Below are positions 39,889 to 54,258 of a stretch of 64,000 nucleotides of DNA, in pieces. Every line of letters begins with the position of its first letter. Position 1 is the stretch's first letter. The DNA comes from Geosiphon pyriformis uo1 (Eukaryota; Fungi; Glomeromycota), in contig JAAOMT010000414.1 of the NCBI GenBank assembly GCA_016748015.1, forward strand, positions 23,208 through 87,207, written 5' to 3'. The notes below the pieces were generated by a model that was given only the letters and a program-made list of their open reading frames with translations, searched no databases and was not told the origin of the DNA. Position numbers and translations under genes: made by a program.

Positions 39889-42800
39889 CAAAAAAAAATA
39901 AATCTTTTTCTTGTTAATCCCTTAACTATGATAAAAACAAAGTTTTTATTAAAGATTTAACATCTCTTTTTCTTTTTTTCTCTTTTGTTCTTTTTTTAGT
40001 TATTTCTTCCAATACACTTAATTTTGTTGTCATAGAACTGGCAAGCTCTTTTGTTGGTGGTTTTGGCTCAGACTTGGCTGGTTTAGAAATCTATTCTAAC
40101 ACCAAAAAAAAGCAAGTAGAGAGTGTATACTCTCATGGTGCATCTTATAAGAAGCTGAAGAAGCCTAATACTAATAGTGTCTTGGTTGACTTGTCTATTG
40201 GTCCACTAAATTTAGAAGATGTTGGAGTTTCTAATGCTAAGCTTAGAGTGTCTTGGAGAAGTAAAGTTGGCAGCATTGCTAATAGTGTGAGCAGTCTCTT
40301 GAATGTCAAAAATATGGTAAACACAATTGCCAAAAAAACCAATTATGCAAAATCAGGTAAAGACAATAATATGGATAAAGCCATGCTGAGAAAAATACAC
40401 ATTCATACTTACGTGCTGGGCAATCTACCAAAGACTACTTTATTTAATATTATGGGTGATGATAATGATGTGTTGGACTTTTTGCTTCCTAAATTTACCA
40501 GTTTTAAGCAGCTGTCATTGGCCAAGTCACATGCTTTTCCTGTTTAAAATTTTGATCCAGTTAAATCATTTGCTTTGAATATTGAATTGAAAGCTGTGCT
40601 TGACAAAACTGTTAATGATAAGTTGATTTATGTAAAAAAATTTTTTATCAAGTAGATAGTTTTGAGGGAGTTTTTACTCTCTCAAAATTCTCTGGTATTA
40701 TTAGATCTTCTTTTACATCTAAGATTAGTTTAAAGAAGACTAGAAATTTGGCCATCAGTGTAAAAATCTTAGTCAATGATAATGTTAGGCAGATAAACAA
40801 ATACACAAATTGGAAAATTGTTGTGAAAGAAATCTCAGTGGATCTTCTTAAATTAGCTGTGAAATTTGTTTTTTCTAAATTTGACAAGATTGTTTTGACC
40901 AAAATGCAACTAATTGGTCTTTGGCAAAAGACTTTGGTAAAATTTGAGTCATTGAATGTAGCTAGTTTGGTTGCTTCCAAATGGTCAGTTTTCATGGAAA
41001 AAAATTCAATGTGTGTGGCTTTGGCTATTAGTAACAAAAAATTATGGATAACAAAAAACTGTTATCAGACTTTGTTGTATACTCTTCCAGTTGGAATCAC
41101 AGCTCATAACTTGTCTGATTTGTTGAACTTATATAATGGGAAAACTTGTTTCATTGGCTGTAATCTTAGTTCATATGTGCATAATAGATGTGTAATAGTG
41201 TGTTTTACAAATAAGACATCTAAATTAGCTGCTATTGATTCTGTTCTTATTTTCAAAGGTGTAAATTTATGTTGGGCTGGGCTTTCTTTGGCCTGCTGCA
41301 CTCTGTGTAAAAAATTTGGTCATGTCTCTGATGTTTGTTTAGTAAGTAAAAACTTTGGTAGATGTAGTAAACATATAATAACTTTGCAGAATCAGGTTTA
41401 TTTGGCCAACATATATAAGAAGAAGCAGGCTCCTGTTGTATGTCTAGTTTTATTTGAAGATAAAACTTGGGCTCAAATTGCTAGCAGTTTTCTATTTTAT
41501 GTGGCATTATCAGTTTTGTCTAGTAGTAGTTTACTTTTGGGTGTAGTATTTTTTTCTTTGGGTTCTGCTCTTCTTGTTGATTCTGAATTAAGTAATTGTT
41601 TGGCAGTCTTGAAATGCTCTTTAGAGCTTTTGTTAAATCAGGTTTCTGTTTTCTTAAAAAAGTTGAGCTTTATGGAGTTGGTGTTTTTAACTACATTCTT
41701 TCTCACTTCTTTTCTGGTTGTTCTTGCTTCTTTAGCTCTTATTTTGGATTTGGATATGATTTTGAATAATGTATTGGTATTGTCTATTCTTTTTCTTTCT
41801 GTTGGTTTTAATGTGGTTGCTAATTTCAACTCTAGTAGTTTTAAGGTTTTGACCACCAAAATAAGTAGATTGGAGTCAAAAATGGTGGCTTTGGAGGCAT
41901 CAATTAATTCAGTTTTGTGAAGATTGAATTATCTGTGTTCTGGTTTGGGTTTGTTAGTTCTCTTTTTATCTCAATGATTAGTTCGGTTTGAAAAATTGCT
42001 ATATACAATGCTTGGGGTATAAACAATCCTGCAAAGCAGAAAGATATTGTTTGTTGGCATAAAGATATAGGCAATTTGATTTTGATCATTACTGAAACCA
42101 AGTTGAAGAGTAGAATCTGTTCATAGATTGCTGATAAGTTTAATGGTGTTTGTGTCTTTACTTTTGGTGTAAACTCTAATCACTTGGGTTCTGGTGTTGC
42201 CATCATTATGGACATTTCTCTGGCTCATCCTGTGTGTAAAATTTCTAAGGTACCTGGTCAGCTCTTTTCTGTCAGGTTACTCTTCAAAAATAAACTTTCT
42301 ATTTTGATTTTGAGGCTCTATACTAGTGCTTTTTCTGTGGTTTGGTTCTCTTAAGCTGATGATATTAACTCTTAAATTACAAGGGCTGTAAATGAGTCCT
42401 CTTTTGTTGTTTTGGGTGGCAATTTTAATAAAGATAATTCCCACAGATGTGTTAGTTTCAGGAAGTGTTTTGATTTAGGTTTGGTCAATTCCTTGAGTAG
42501 GAGCTCATTTGTAAAAATGCCAACATGAACCAATTCTCAAGGTGTTGCTAAGACTATTAATTATGTGTTTGTCTCTTCTAATTTGGTCAATATAATAGTA
42601 TATTGCAATGTCTTGAATACCAGTGAGCATTTTGACACTAATCACAATGCTGTCTCTGTGTCCATAGGTTTGGATGGGCTTTTAGATACATGGTTAATCT
42701 CTATTTACAAACAAGCTAATAGAGATTATTAGAAATTTGATTTCAAATATGCTGATAAAAATAAGTAGACTACTTTTAAGGATGCTATATTGGCTAATGC

Positions 42801-45800
42801 TGTAATGTTTTCAAGTGAATTTGCTGTTTCTGTAAAATCCTCGGATCTGAATGCTATATAGAACATAATTTGCAAGATATTGACTTTCTTAGCAAATGAA
42901 ATATTCAAAAAAAATGGTTTAAAGATTATGATGAAGTATTCACCAAGGAGTCTTCTAGGTTTCATAAACTGGAGTTGCTGATATTCAAGCTGGTTAAGAC
43001 TTTTTATTTGGTTTCTAGTAGAGATTTTGTAGCATTGTTGGATATGTAAAATGAACTTGACACTGCTAGTGTGTTGACAGTAAAATTTTTGTTTTTTTTA
43101 GGTTCTAACTTTGACACAATTTATTTGGCTCTGGCTAAGGCAAGGAAGTCTTACTGCTCTTCTAAGATGCTGGAGTCTAAGCATGCAAAAGAATCTCGCA
43201 TCAGGACTGCTATTAATAAAAAGATAAAAAATTTTGAATTAAACAAGAGTCACACTATTAGGAGTGTTTAGAAGCATTCTTTTTATAAGATGGTGCTGGA
43301 TTATTTGGTTATAAATAATGAGTTGGTACTAAAGCCCAATTTGGTTAAGTCTAAGGTAGATATGATCATGAAAAGTTGGACTAGAAAGCATAGGGTAGTG
43401 TTTGATATCTCTGATAATTGGTCTCACCAATATTAGCCTTTAGATTATGTTTTTGATGGTGCCTTTTTTGATGTGATAGGTCCAATTGTGTTTGAAAAAA
43501 TGTTTGCTGTGGTTTCGGATCTGCTGGATGGGAAAGCAGCCAGTCTTTTTGGCATCTCAAACAAGTTGTGGAAGCATTGTAACAAGTTGGTATTGGATAT
43601 GTTATTGGTGCTTTTGAATTTTTGTTTGACTTGCAAATTGGTGCCTGGGCCTTAGAAAGAAGCTTAAGTCTCTATAATTTCTAAACCTTATAAGTGGAAA
43701 GGTGTTTTTACAAATACTCATCCTATTGCTCTAATTAAAACAGTCTGCAAAGTTTTTTCCAAGATTTTTTCTGACAGAATTTCCCTGGCTTGCAGCACTT
43801 TTGATGTTTTCTGTGAGGACAACTTTTTGTTTTGAAAGAGATGTTAACACAGTTTCTTATTTTTGCTGTTAGTTTTGTTATTAAAAATACTTTGGAGAAG
43901 AATCAGGAACTGTGGCTGGTTTTGCAAAACATGCATAAGACTTATAACTCTGTTAGATGAGAACATCTTAGGAGAAGTTTGACTAGGATCAAAATATGTG
44001 ACAAATTTATTAGATTTTTTGGCAGCCTTTACAATAGTTGTATTAACAAAGTAATAATAGATTTTGGCTAGACTGGTAGGTATTATGTTTATGATGAGTT
44101 GAATTAAAAGGAGATCTTCTTATTTTTTCTTTGGCATATATTCTATAATTCACTCTTGTGTAAAGTTAAGAAACAAAAGAGTGTGTATGGTTATAGATTG
44201 AATTCTTATTTTGTTTTCAAAACTAACAAAAGAGAATTTCAGGCTGGGTTAATCTTATTTTTTGCTGCTGATGCTTTTATCAATAATATAATTTGGATTG
44301 GTAGTAACCAAGCTGTTACACAACATATTTTTAATATTGTAAGTAAATTTTTCAATTTAATAACATTTTCATCAATAATAACAAAACTGTAACCATCCCT
44401 ATTAACTGTTAAATCAAGGACTCTTATCTAATTATCAATGGCTTACCTATTTCTGTTGTCAAAAAAGGGGAATTGTACCACTATCTGGGTATTTTTTTAT
44501 CTTTTGAGAGTTTGTTGAAGTCTAGCTTGGCTAAGACATATTCAGATGTTTGATTTTTTATCAATTTTGTTTTAAGAAAAGCAATCTCAGATAAACAGTT
44601 TGCATATTTAATGTCTGTGGTTTTTTATTCAATTGTTAGTTATAAAACTTAATTCAGTTTTGTTTTTGTTAATGTGTATAATAAATGAAATGTTCTTATT
44701 CACAAAGGCTTGAAATCTAAGTCTGGTCTGCCACTTGATTTTCCCAATGATGTAATCCATCATTTTTTTTTGTATAATTTGAAAATGTTTAAACAGGTTC
44801 AGACTGAAAGCAAATTAGCCTCTATTGTTTTCTTTGCAAATTTAATTGGTATTTTGAACAGATTATTTTTTCACAGATCATATAATCTTTAGGTTCTCAG
44901 TTGGCATTCACTTTACTCTCTACAGTTCCCAGCTCATGTTAAAATCAATCTTTCAAATAATTTTTTAGCAGATATGGTGTGCATATTTTCTGGATATAAC
45001 TTGTCTTTAGGCAACTCTTTGGCCAATGCTTTTTGTTTTTGAAATGGAACTTCTATGTCTCTTATCCTTGATAAGTCAATTTATTTTATGTGTGTCTCTT
45101 TATTTTGACATTATAGAATTGCATTTATAAACTAGCTGTGTGACCAGAGTGGTGCTGTTTTCAATTAGATGATCTTCAAATAGTAGAAATGGTTGGACCC
45201 TCATGGCTCTGTTCCCATCTGGTTTAAGCTTTCAGTTTGGTTTCTTGATAGTGTTGCTCCCTCTTCTGTCAGTTCTCCATTTTTGAGTGGTCATAGTTTT
45301 TTAAATATTTTTCAGTCTTGTGAGTTTGGTGTTATTAGAAACAATTTATTGTATGCTAATACTGGCTGCTTTTCTGTTTATACTGATGGATTTTTGAGTG
45401 ATTTGGAAACTCTTAGTGTGAAAGCTGGTGTGGCTGTTTTTTTTGAGAATATTAATTTGGGTTTGGATGTGCAGATTTCTGGTTTGTTGTTTTCTATTAT
45501 GGCAGAACTGCAGACTATTGTTTTGGCTTTTGAATGTGTTCTTTTTTCTTGTTCTGTGGACTTATTCACAAATAGCCAGGCTGCTTTGGATGCATGCAGA
45601 TTGGATTTGAAGTTGGTTCATCCAGATTTTAGGAATCAGTGTTAGGTTGAACATCATTACATTGTGAGTGTTATTCATTGTAAAAATTTAGATGTTAGTT
45701 GACATAAGATTAGGAGTTACTCTGACATTTTAGGAAATGAGTGTGCTAATACATTTGCCAAAGTGGCTGCCATTTTCAATTGGCACTTACCTTATTTGGT

Positions 45801-46784
45801 CAGTAAACATTATTTTAAGGCCAGTGATATTGCTGTTTCTGGTAATTCTAAACATTTTGTTTAAGAAGTTTTTCAGTCTGTTTATTATGTGTATTAGAAA
45901 ACTGGTTTTGGTTCTTGGGTGGTAGCAGGCAGTATATATGTGGATATTAATTGGTCCAAGTTATCTTTGGTATGACACTCTGATTCTTATTTGACAGCTA
46001 GTTTTACTAGTAAATGAACTGCTGATTCTTGGACATCTTTTATAAAAGCTTTTCATCATCGGCTTTCTATTACTGTGCATAAGCAACTATATGATAAGCA
46101 TTATTCTAGTGTGGTTTGCTTGTTCTATAATGATGTTAAGGTTTCAAACCATGCCTTTTTTTGCCCATTTAATGCTTCTGATTGTGCTTGGTTGTTAAAC
46201 ACCCATGTATCTACTTGGGTATGTTCTGGTTTATCTTGTTCTTCTTCTTGTGTTTTGCAATTGTTGTTCACTTGTGTTTCTAATGTTATGGTTAGCATGG
46301 ACTTGTTTAAGAGATTTGTTTTTAATAATTGGTATTAGAAATCTGTTTTGGTTTTCAAAAATTCTAAGATTACAAATCAGCATATTGTAGATTTTGTGTG
46401 CAAATTTAGTCTTGCATTTTGGGAGAATATCTGGTTGGTTCATGCCAAGAACTGAGCTTTTATAAAAAAAAATGGTCTGATTCTATGTGATAGTTCTATT
46501 CCTGTTCTGGTTTTAGGTTTTTCTTTAATGTTTTTAGTCAACATGATTAAGTTATTAGGTATTGCTGAAGCAGTGGGTGTGAGTTTTGGGTTTTATAAAT
46601 CTTGTTTGTTTTTTTCAAATATAAAAGATATTATCTCTGTTCATATAAGTGTTTAGTGTTATTTTGATTGGCCTAAGTGGCTGGTCATGTGTGAAAAATG
46701 CATAATTCACACCTAGTTTAGATTATTTGTATGATGTATTGTACTAGGCAGTGTTTGGACTTCACTTATTAAATGTTAAAAAAA
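39889..46784 (+). mobile_element. L4: full-length, inactivated LINE of the same subfamily as L1; ORF1 40032-41977, ORF2 41974-46656
   Basis: 5' UTR and ORF1 N-terminus match L1; knuckle CTLCKKFGHVSDVC; RNase H VYTDG/AELQ; A-tail; candidate TSD AATTAAATTA (39879-39888 and 46785-46794, low complexity). Confidence 0.92.
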
Positions 46785-46794
46785 AATTAAATTA

Positions 46795-47451
46795 ATTAAT
46801 TTAATATATATAAATAGTTAATATACTTAAATAATCTTAATATAATATATAAATTTAATATAATTTAACTATATATATAGATTTTTTATTAATATTAGTT
46901 TTATATTAAGTCAATTTTTTTGGTAGTTTTATAATAAACAATTAGTTATATATATATTTAATGACTAATTAAAAAAATTTTGATTATAATTTTGTTAAGC
47001 TAATTTGAATTTCTGGTTGTATTTTTTTGTTTTTATAAGATTTAATTGTTTTTTCTTATAAAAATACACTAAAACTGGTTTTTGTTGCTTTAATAATTTA
47101 TTTATTTATTTATTCTTCTAAATATTAAATTAATTTACATATTCATATATATATTATAGTTAATAATTATATATATAATAATATGTATTATTTGAAAAAA
47201 AAACATTATTGTTGTTAAAAAATTTATTAAATTTGTGTTTTTTTTTTAATAATAACTTAAATTATTTTTATTATTATAATTTTTTAAATATTTCCAATTG
47301 TAAAAATTTTTAAAATAAAAAATTCAAATAGTAATACTAATAAAAAATTCTATAAATTTAATAACAGTAATTTTTTAGTTATAAATATGAATTATAATAT
47401 TAAATTATAAATCCATATTTTTTTAATATTTTTTTTATTGCATAAACTATA
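46795..47451. other. Nearly pure-AT spacer relic between L4 and L5
   Basis: Composition only. Confidence 0.5.
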
Positions 47452-50400
47452 AAACTTCTTTCTCTCTTATATCCTAAAAACTCCAAAAAATGCATTTCTG
47501 AAAAAGAAGTTTTTTAGTTTCTATCAACATTTTTTTAACTAATAATTCTTTTGTTATGGATTTGAAGACTGCTTTAGATAGTAATATGTCTAAAAAAAAG
47601 GCACCCAAAAGTGCTTTCCATAATTCTGCTGGTAGTCTTTTTTCCAAAAAAAAAGGTGGTTTTAAGTAATATTAAGTATTTAGGTAATAAAAAAAATATT
47701 TTTTTATTCAAATCTGGTTTTGATAGCATGTATTTGGATTTGAATAGTAAATCTAATTGTGGTGAAGACAACATAATCATGAAAGATATTGACAGTAAGT
47801 TTTTCTTAGGTTTAACAGCTAATATTTCTAAAGTAAAGAAAGTAAATACTGGTGTGATTCTTGGACTTTCTCTTGGCTCCCCCAATTATAACATAGAAAA
47901 AGAAATAGAACTCCTTCCATTCCCTCTTAGTATATCTTTAGACAAGAGATAAATAGATTCTAAAATTGTAAAAACTCTTGTGGAAGTTGCTATTAAGAAA
48001 TTATTCATTTTGGATATCAATTTTTTAGCAGTAAAAGACAAATTTGTTACAGTAAAAACTCAGTTGATTAGAAAAATTTTTTCATCTGTCAATGGTTTTG
48101 GTAAAGTCACTATCTTCTCAAAATTTGAAGGAATTATCAGATCTATCTTTACTTCAGAAATCAGCATGAAGAAGACTGCCTTATTGGCCAAAGAAAATAG
48201 AATTATTGCAAATGTTAATGTCAAGAAACAAAAAATATATTCAAATTAGACTGTGATCATCAAGGAAATTTTTATGGACACACCTAAGTAAATAATTGTT
48301 ACTGCAGTAGCTAAATTTGGTAAAATTAAGTCGATTAAAATTCAACTGATTGGAGTATAATAGAAGACTGTAGTAAAATTTGCTGAATTAAGTCAAGCTG
48401 AACATTTGGCTGGTAAATGGTTTTTTCTAATTGGTAAAGATTTAGTGCATGTGACTATGGCTATAGGAAATCATAATATCTGGGCATTTAGAGATCAATT
48501 CAGGACTTTGTTATTTACTTTGCCTGTGAAAACAACCATTCATGATTTGAGCATTCTTTTAGAAGAAATTAATAAAAAAACTTGCATTATCAATTGTTTA
48601 TTAGATTCTGGCAATAGGATTTGCTGTGCTGTAATTGGCTTTGAGTCAGAAAATGATATAAAATTTGCTTATTATACTGAACCAATATTTGGGGATGTTA
48701 AACTTTTTTGGACAAAGATAGATCTGGTTTGGTATAAAAGATGTAAAAAGTTTGGTCATTCTGCTTTAGAGTGTGATGCACCAATTGCATTTATTTTTAT
48801 GCCTCCAAAAACTATTAAAAAAGTTGCTTCAGAAGACTGTTGTCTTCAGTTGGCTAAGTTATATGTGAAAAAAAGTATTCCTATCTCTTATTCTGCTGCC
48901 TTTAATAACAAGTTTTGAGCACAGATAGTTTTGCTTGCTTCTTTTTCTGGTGGCTCTTATTTCAGTTCCAGTTTTGGGTCTGGTTTTTTTTCTTCTGGTG
49001 TCTCAAGTAATAAGAGGAGCACACTAATTGTTCAAGATGGCTCCTTAATTAATAATCATTTGGCTTCACTGAAATACTCTTTAGAATTACTAGCTGATCA
49101 AGTATTAAGTATTGTGCACAAATTAAATGGTGTAAAGCTAGTGCTCCTGGTACCTGTTTTTTAAGTTAAACTCCCAGTTATTTTTGTTCCTATGGTGTCA
49201 ACATTGAGTGCTAATATGATTCTGGATGTTTTATGACTATCTTTTTATTCTTTCTTTTTAGTGTTAAAAGACAAAGTTGTGGATTTGGGTCTGAGTAGTT
49301 TGAAAGTTTTTATTTTCAAAGTTGGCAGTTTTGAATCTAAGATGGTGGCTCTTAAAGTTTCTATCAGCTCAATTTTGAAGAAGTTGGATCTGTTGTGCAT
49401 AAATTTGGGTTTTATAGTACATTATTTACATCAATGAGTGCACTTATTTGAAGAGTAGCTACATGTAATATTAGGGGTATGACAAATTTGGCTAAACAGA
49501 AAGACATTGTTTGTTGACATAAAAATTCGGATAATATGGTTTTTATTGTTTCTGAGACAAAATTGAAGTCTGACATTAAACCTTGGGTTATAAATAAGTT
49601 TGATAAGATTTGGATTTTCATTATTAAATTGGATACTGATTTTTGTGATGCTGGAATTGCTATAATTATAGACAATTCTTTGGCTTAGCATGTGTCAAAA
49701 GTGGATGAAATTTCTGGTTATTTGATTTTTGTGTATCTTTTGTTCAAAAACAAGCTTTCAGTTATAATCTTGGGTCTTTATACTAATACATCTGTTGATA
49801 CACATTTTGGCCAAGCTGTTAATATCAATTCTATGATTTTTAAGGCAGTTATTTCCAGCTCTTTTGTAATTTTGGGTGGTAACTTTAATGAAAATAGATC
49901 TAAAAGGAGTGCTAGTTTCAAGTTCTGTTTGGGTTTGAATATGATTAACACTTTTGATGAACATTCATTAGCCAAAGCTTTCACCTAGAACAATTCTAGC
50001 AGTGTTGAAAAAGTTATCAATTTTATTTTTGTGAGTGAGAATTTGGCATTTACAATCACATTGCATAAAGTTGATAATGTGTCAGAATTTTTTAATACAA
50101 ATTATAAGTCAGTTTTAGTTTCAATTGGTTTAGATAGACTTTTGGATGCTCATCTTGTTAGCACTTGCAAACAAGTCAACTAAGACTGATGAAAATTCAA
50201 ATTAAGGAATATGGATAATATCCAATGATTGGACTTTAAAGACTGTTCTTTTGCCAAGTTGTTGGTCAGGTCAGATGCATTTGAGAATGCAAAAAACATT
50301 AATAACTTAGATACAATATAGAAAATATTGAAGGAGCTATAGTACAAGCTGTTAATGCAGTTTTTTTTAAGGTTTGGTATAGTAAATATAATTGTTCAAA

Positions 50401-53400
50401 GAATAAACAATTGTCAAAATTCTTTAAATTGGAGTTATTTGTTGCAAAAATTGTAAAATGCTGGAACTCTGGTGATATTCTTAATTTTAATCATCTTGTT
50501 AAAGTCTGATTGGCTATTGATAAGGTCAAAGCATTTAAAATTACTAGCATAGTCTTAGATGATACAAGTTTAATGGATTTAGTTAAGCATTTGGCAGTCA
50601 TAAGGAAGAAGTATTGAAGATCTAAGTATTATAAGTCTAAGATTGCTGAAGATACAGCTATTAAAAAGACAATTGACTGTTGTATAGAAAATTTCTGTTC
50701 TGACAAAGAATGAATGATAAAAAGCATTCTGAAATGTCTATTTCGCAAAGTAGTTTTAGATTACTTAATAATAGATAATAAGCTGATAGTTGAACCTAAT
50801 GAGATTAAGTTTAAGATTGATAAGATTATAGAAAGGTGAACAAAAAAGCATTCAGTGTTTCTAAAAATGTCTGACCTTTGGTTTTAACAATATATGCCTC
50901 TGAATTACATAGATGATAATGCTTTCTCTGATATAATGAAGAAGATTGGTATGAGAGAATTGTTTTTGGTTATTGATAGTTTGCCAAATAATAAAGCAGT
51001 CAAGTTGTCAGGGATATCTAATAAACTTTAAAAACATTGTGGTAAGAAGGTTTTGGTCTGTTTTTTGAAGTTGTTAAATTTGTATTTAAGTTTGGATGCA
51101 GTTCTGGCTTCTTAGAAGAGAGCATGAGTTTCAATGATCCCAAAACCTTATGAATAAAATGGCATTTTAACAAATACTAGATCTATTGTATTAGTTAATA
51201 CAGCACATAAAATTTTATCTAAAATTTTATCTAATCAGATATCTTTGGCTTGTAGCAAGTTTAATGTTCTTTATGGTAATAATTTTTCAGTATTGAAAGG
51301 CACTTCAACTCAGTCTCCTATTTTTGCTATTGGGTCAGTTGTTAAGAATGCTTTAAAAAAAAATAAAAAGCTTTGATTGGTACTGCAGAATATGTGCAAA
51401 GCTTATGATTTAGTAGGCTGGCATTATTTGAGAGCAAGCTTGCATCACATTAAAATATACAAACAATTCATTGGGTTTTTTGGCAATATTCATGAGAGTC
51501 GAGTCAATAAAGTAATAACAGACTTTAGGCTTTCAAAAGACTATAGAGTACATAATGAGTTAGATCAAGAGGAGGTTTTTTTTCTACTCTTTTAGAGAAT
51601 TTTTTATGATCTGCTTATGTGTAAGGTAAAAAAACATAAACACTTATGTAAATACAGAATAAATACTAAGTTTGTGGCAAAGTCTAACAGAATTGAGATA
51701 GTTAAAGAGAAGACTTTTTTTTTGGCTACTAGTGCTTTTGTTAATGATACAATTTGGATTGGGAGTTTTTAGGCTTCTACATAATACATTTTGAACATTG
51801 CAAGTGAGTTTTTTGAGATTAATGACATTTCAATTAATAATAATAAAACAGTGGCTATTTTTATCAATTAAGAAATTAAGTATGCTTTGCTATTAATTAA
51901 TGGTTTGCCAATTTTAATTGCTAAAAAAGATAAGTTACACTAGTATTTGGGTATTTTCTTATCAACTAAGAATTTTTTTAAATCCAATTTAGCTTAGGCT
52001 TACATAGATGTCAGGTTTTTTTCTAATGTGGTGTTAAGAAAAGCTATTACAGATAAACAATTCTGTTACTTAGTTTCAGCAGTCTTACAACTCATAGTCA
52101 GCTATTATATGCAGTTTAGTTTTGTTTCTTTAGGTGTGTATTGTAAATAAGACATAATGATTAAAAAGAATCTTAAAGCCAAGACTGGTTTATCTCGTAA
52201 CTTTTTCAGTAAGGTTTTGCACCATTTATCTCTGTATGATTTAAAGCTCTTTGAACAAGTACAGTCTAAACAAAAGCTAACTTTGCTAATTTTGTTTTCC
52301 AATGGCTACAGTATTCTTGAACGTTTATTTAATCATAAATTTTTGGATTTGCAAGTTTTGGGATGGTCCCCTCTTAATTGTTTACAATTTTCTGTCAAAT
52401 TGCATATTAATTCTGTAAACAATTTCTTAGCAGAGATAATAAAAATTTTTTTGGAAGATGAGTTGTCTTTGGTGAACAATCTGCTTTATGTCTTTCATAG
52501 ATTTGGTAATTTTTTGATGTCTGGTATTTTGGGTCAGTTTTTGTATTACAAATTGGTTTTTTTATTAAAACAGTTTGGCATTGCATTTGATGACAGACTT
52601 CTTGACAAGAAAAAAAAGATGATAGACTAGAAAACATTTTGGTATTAGAAGCAGTTAGATCCAAAAGGCTCTGTGCCTCTCTGGTTTATGTTGGTATTTG
52701 AGTTTATAAACAATTCTGTTTTTTTGGGGGTCAGAACTGCTACTGTTTGTGGAGAGAATATGCTGAATATTTTGAAGTTTGAAAAGTTTTCTGATATTTG
52801 TAATAGTTTACTGGGGGTGTGGTTTAATTGCATTAAGATTTATACAGATGGGTTCTTAAAAGGGGCTGGTTCTGTTGAGGTGGCAGATAAGACAGCTGTA
52901 TACTTTCCAGCTGCAAATGTGAATATTGGGATTAAGGTAGCCAGACTTTTGTTTTTTACTTTGATTAAGTTATAGACTGTGGCTTTGGCTTTAGAATGTG
53001 TTCTATCTTCTTGTTCTGTGGTTTTGTATTCAGATAGCCAATCTGCAATTGATGTTTGTGTGTCCAAAACTTTTTTTACTATGCCTGACTTCCATAATTA
53101 ATGTTGGATCAAAAAATTGCAGATAGTCAATCTTTTTAAGAATAAAGATATTATAATTAAGTGGATAAAGGTTAAAGGACATTCAGGTGTACCAGACAAT
53201 ATTAAGACTGATGTGTTGACTAGTAAAGCTACTTCCTTATCTTTTTTTTGTCTGTTAAAATCCAGAAAAAGTTTTTGGTTGCTAAGAGAACTGCTATATC
53301 TGGCAATACTTGTCATTTTGTTTACAATCTGTACCAATTAATTTGCTATGCCTATTGGGAAACTGGTTCTGGTTTTGATGTAATTTCAAGTACTATGATT

Positions 53401-54258
53401 AAAGAGATAAATTAAAAAACTACTACAAAGATTTGGCACCTTAATTCACACATGCTTTTTGGGTTTACTAGTAGAAAGTTGACCAATTTATATATATATT
53501 TAATAAGGACTGTTTATAAATAGCTACCAGTTACAGTTAGGAAGAGATTATATATCAAAGGTTATCCTGAAGTGTTGTGCTTATTGTGTGATGAGATAGA
53601 ATTATCTGACCATGTTTTTATTTGTTCTGGTAATATTGGTCTCTATGAGAACATTTTGATTAAAGCTTTTGAAAAATAGATGTCATTGTCTAATCTTTTT
53701 TGTTTATTTACTTCTGCTGTTCTGTGTTTGCTTTCAATGTGTTTTTTAGATGTAGGTTTATACATGGCTATTTACAAGAATTTTGTGATAAGAGATTGGT
53801 ATGCTGAGACTGTTTTGGTTTTTGAGAGAACAGGAAAAGCTATCTTAATCTTTGTAGAATATATTAGGTTTATTATGAAGTTGTATTACATTAAGATGTA
53901 AATTATTAGAGCCAAACATAGGATGGATATGAAAAAGACTGGCTTGGTTGGAAATAATTATATGGTTTCAGGCTTGTCCCACTGTTTAGTATTTATGTTG
54001 TCAGTTGAAGTTGTCCATATGCTTGGTGTTTTGAAATCTTTTGCTATTAGATTTGATAGATACAAATAGTGTCATTTTTTTTCTGGTTTAAATAGTGATG
54101 TATTTATTAGCATAAACATATAGTATTGCCTTGTTTAATCTGAGTGACTGGTCATATATAGTCAATGCATGAGCTGCATTTAGTTTGTTCCACTTAGTTT
54201 GGTTTTATGTACTAGATAACAATTAGATTTTACTCATAAAACTTGTAATAAAAAAAAA
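47452..54258 (+). mobile_element. L5: full-length, heavily mutated LINE; ORF1 47556-49437, ORF2 49434-54123
   Basis: Decayed knuckle (Y)KRCKKFGHSALEC; RT QNMCKAYDLV; RNase H IYTDG and KVKGHSG; A-tail; candidate TSD ATAA(A/G)CTATA (47442-47451 and 54259-54268). Confidence 0.92.

Noticed and set aside
15568-53901. Numerous short antisense or alternate-frame ORFs within the LINEs
   Set aside because: They are shadows of the ORF1/ORF2 frames, are not conserved between copies and carry no motifs.
18301-54123. Alternative genetic code or programmed readthrough explaining the many in-frame stops
   Set aside because: All three stop types occur, mostly at different positions per copy, along with frameshifts and mutated catalytic residues. 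Flanking genes use standard stops.
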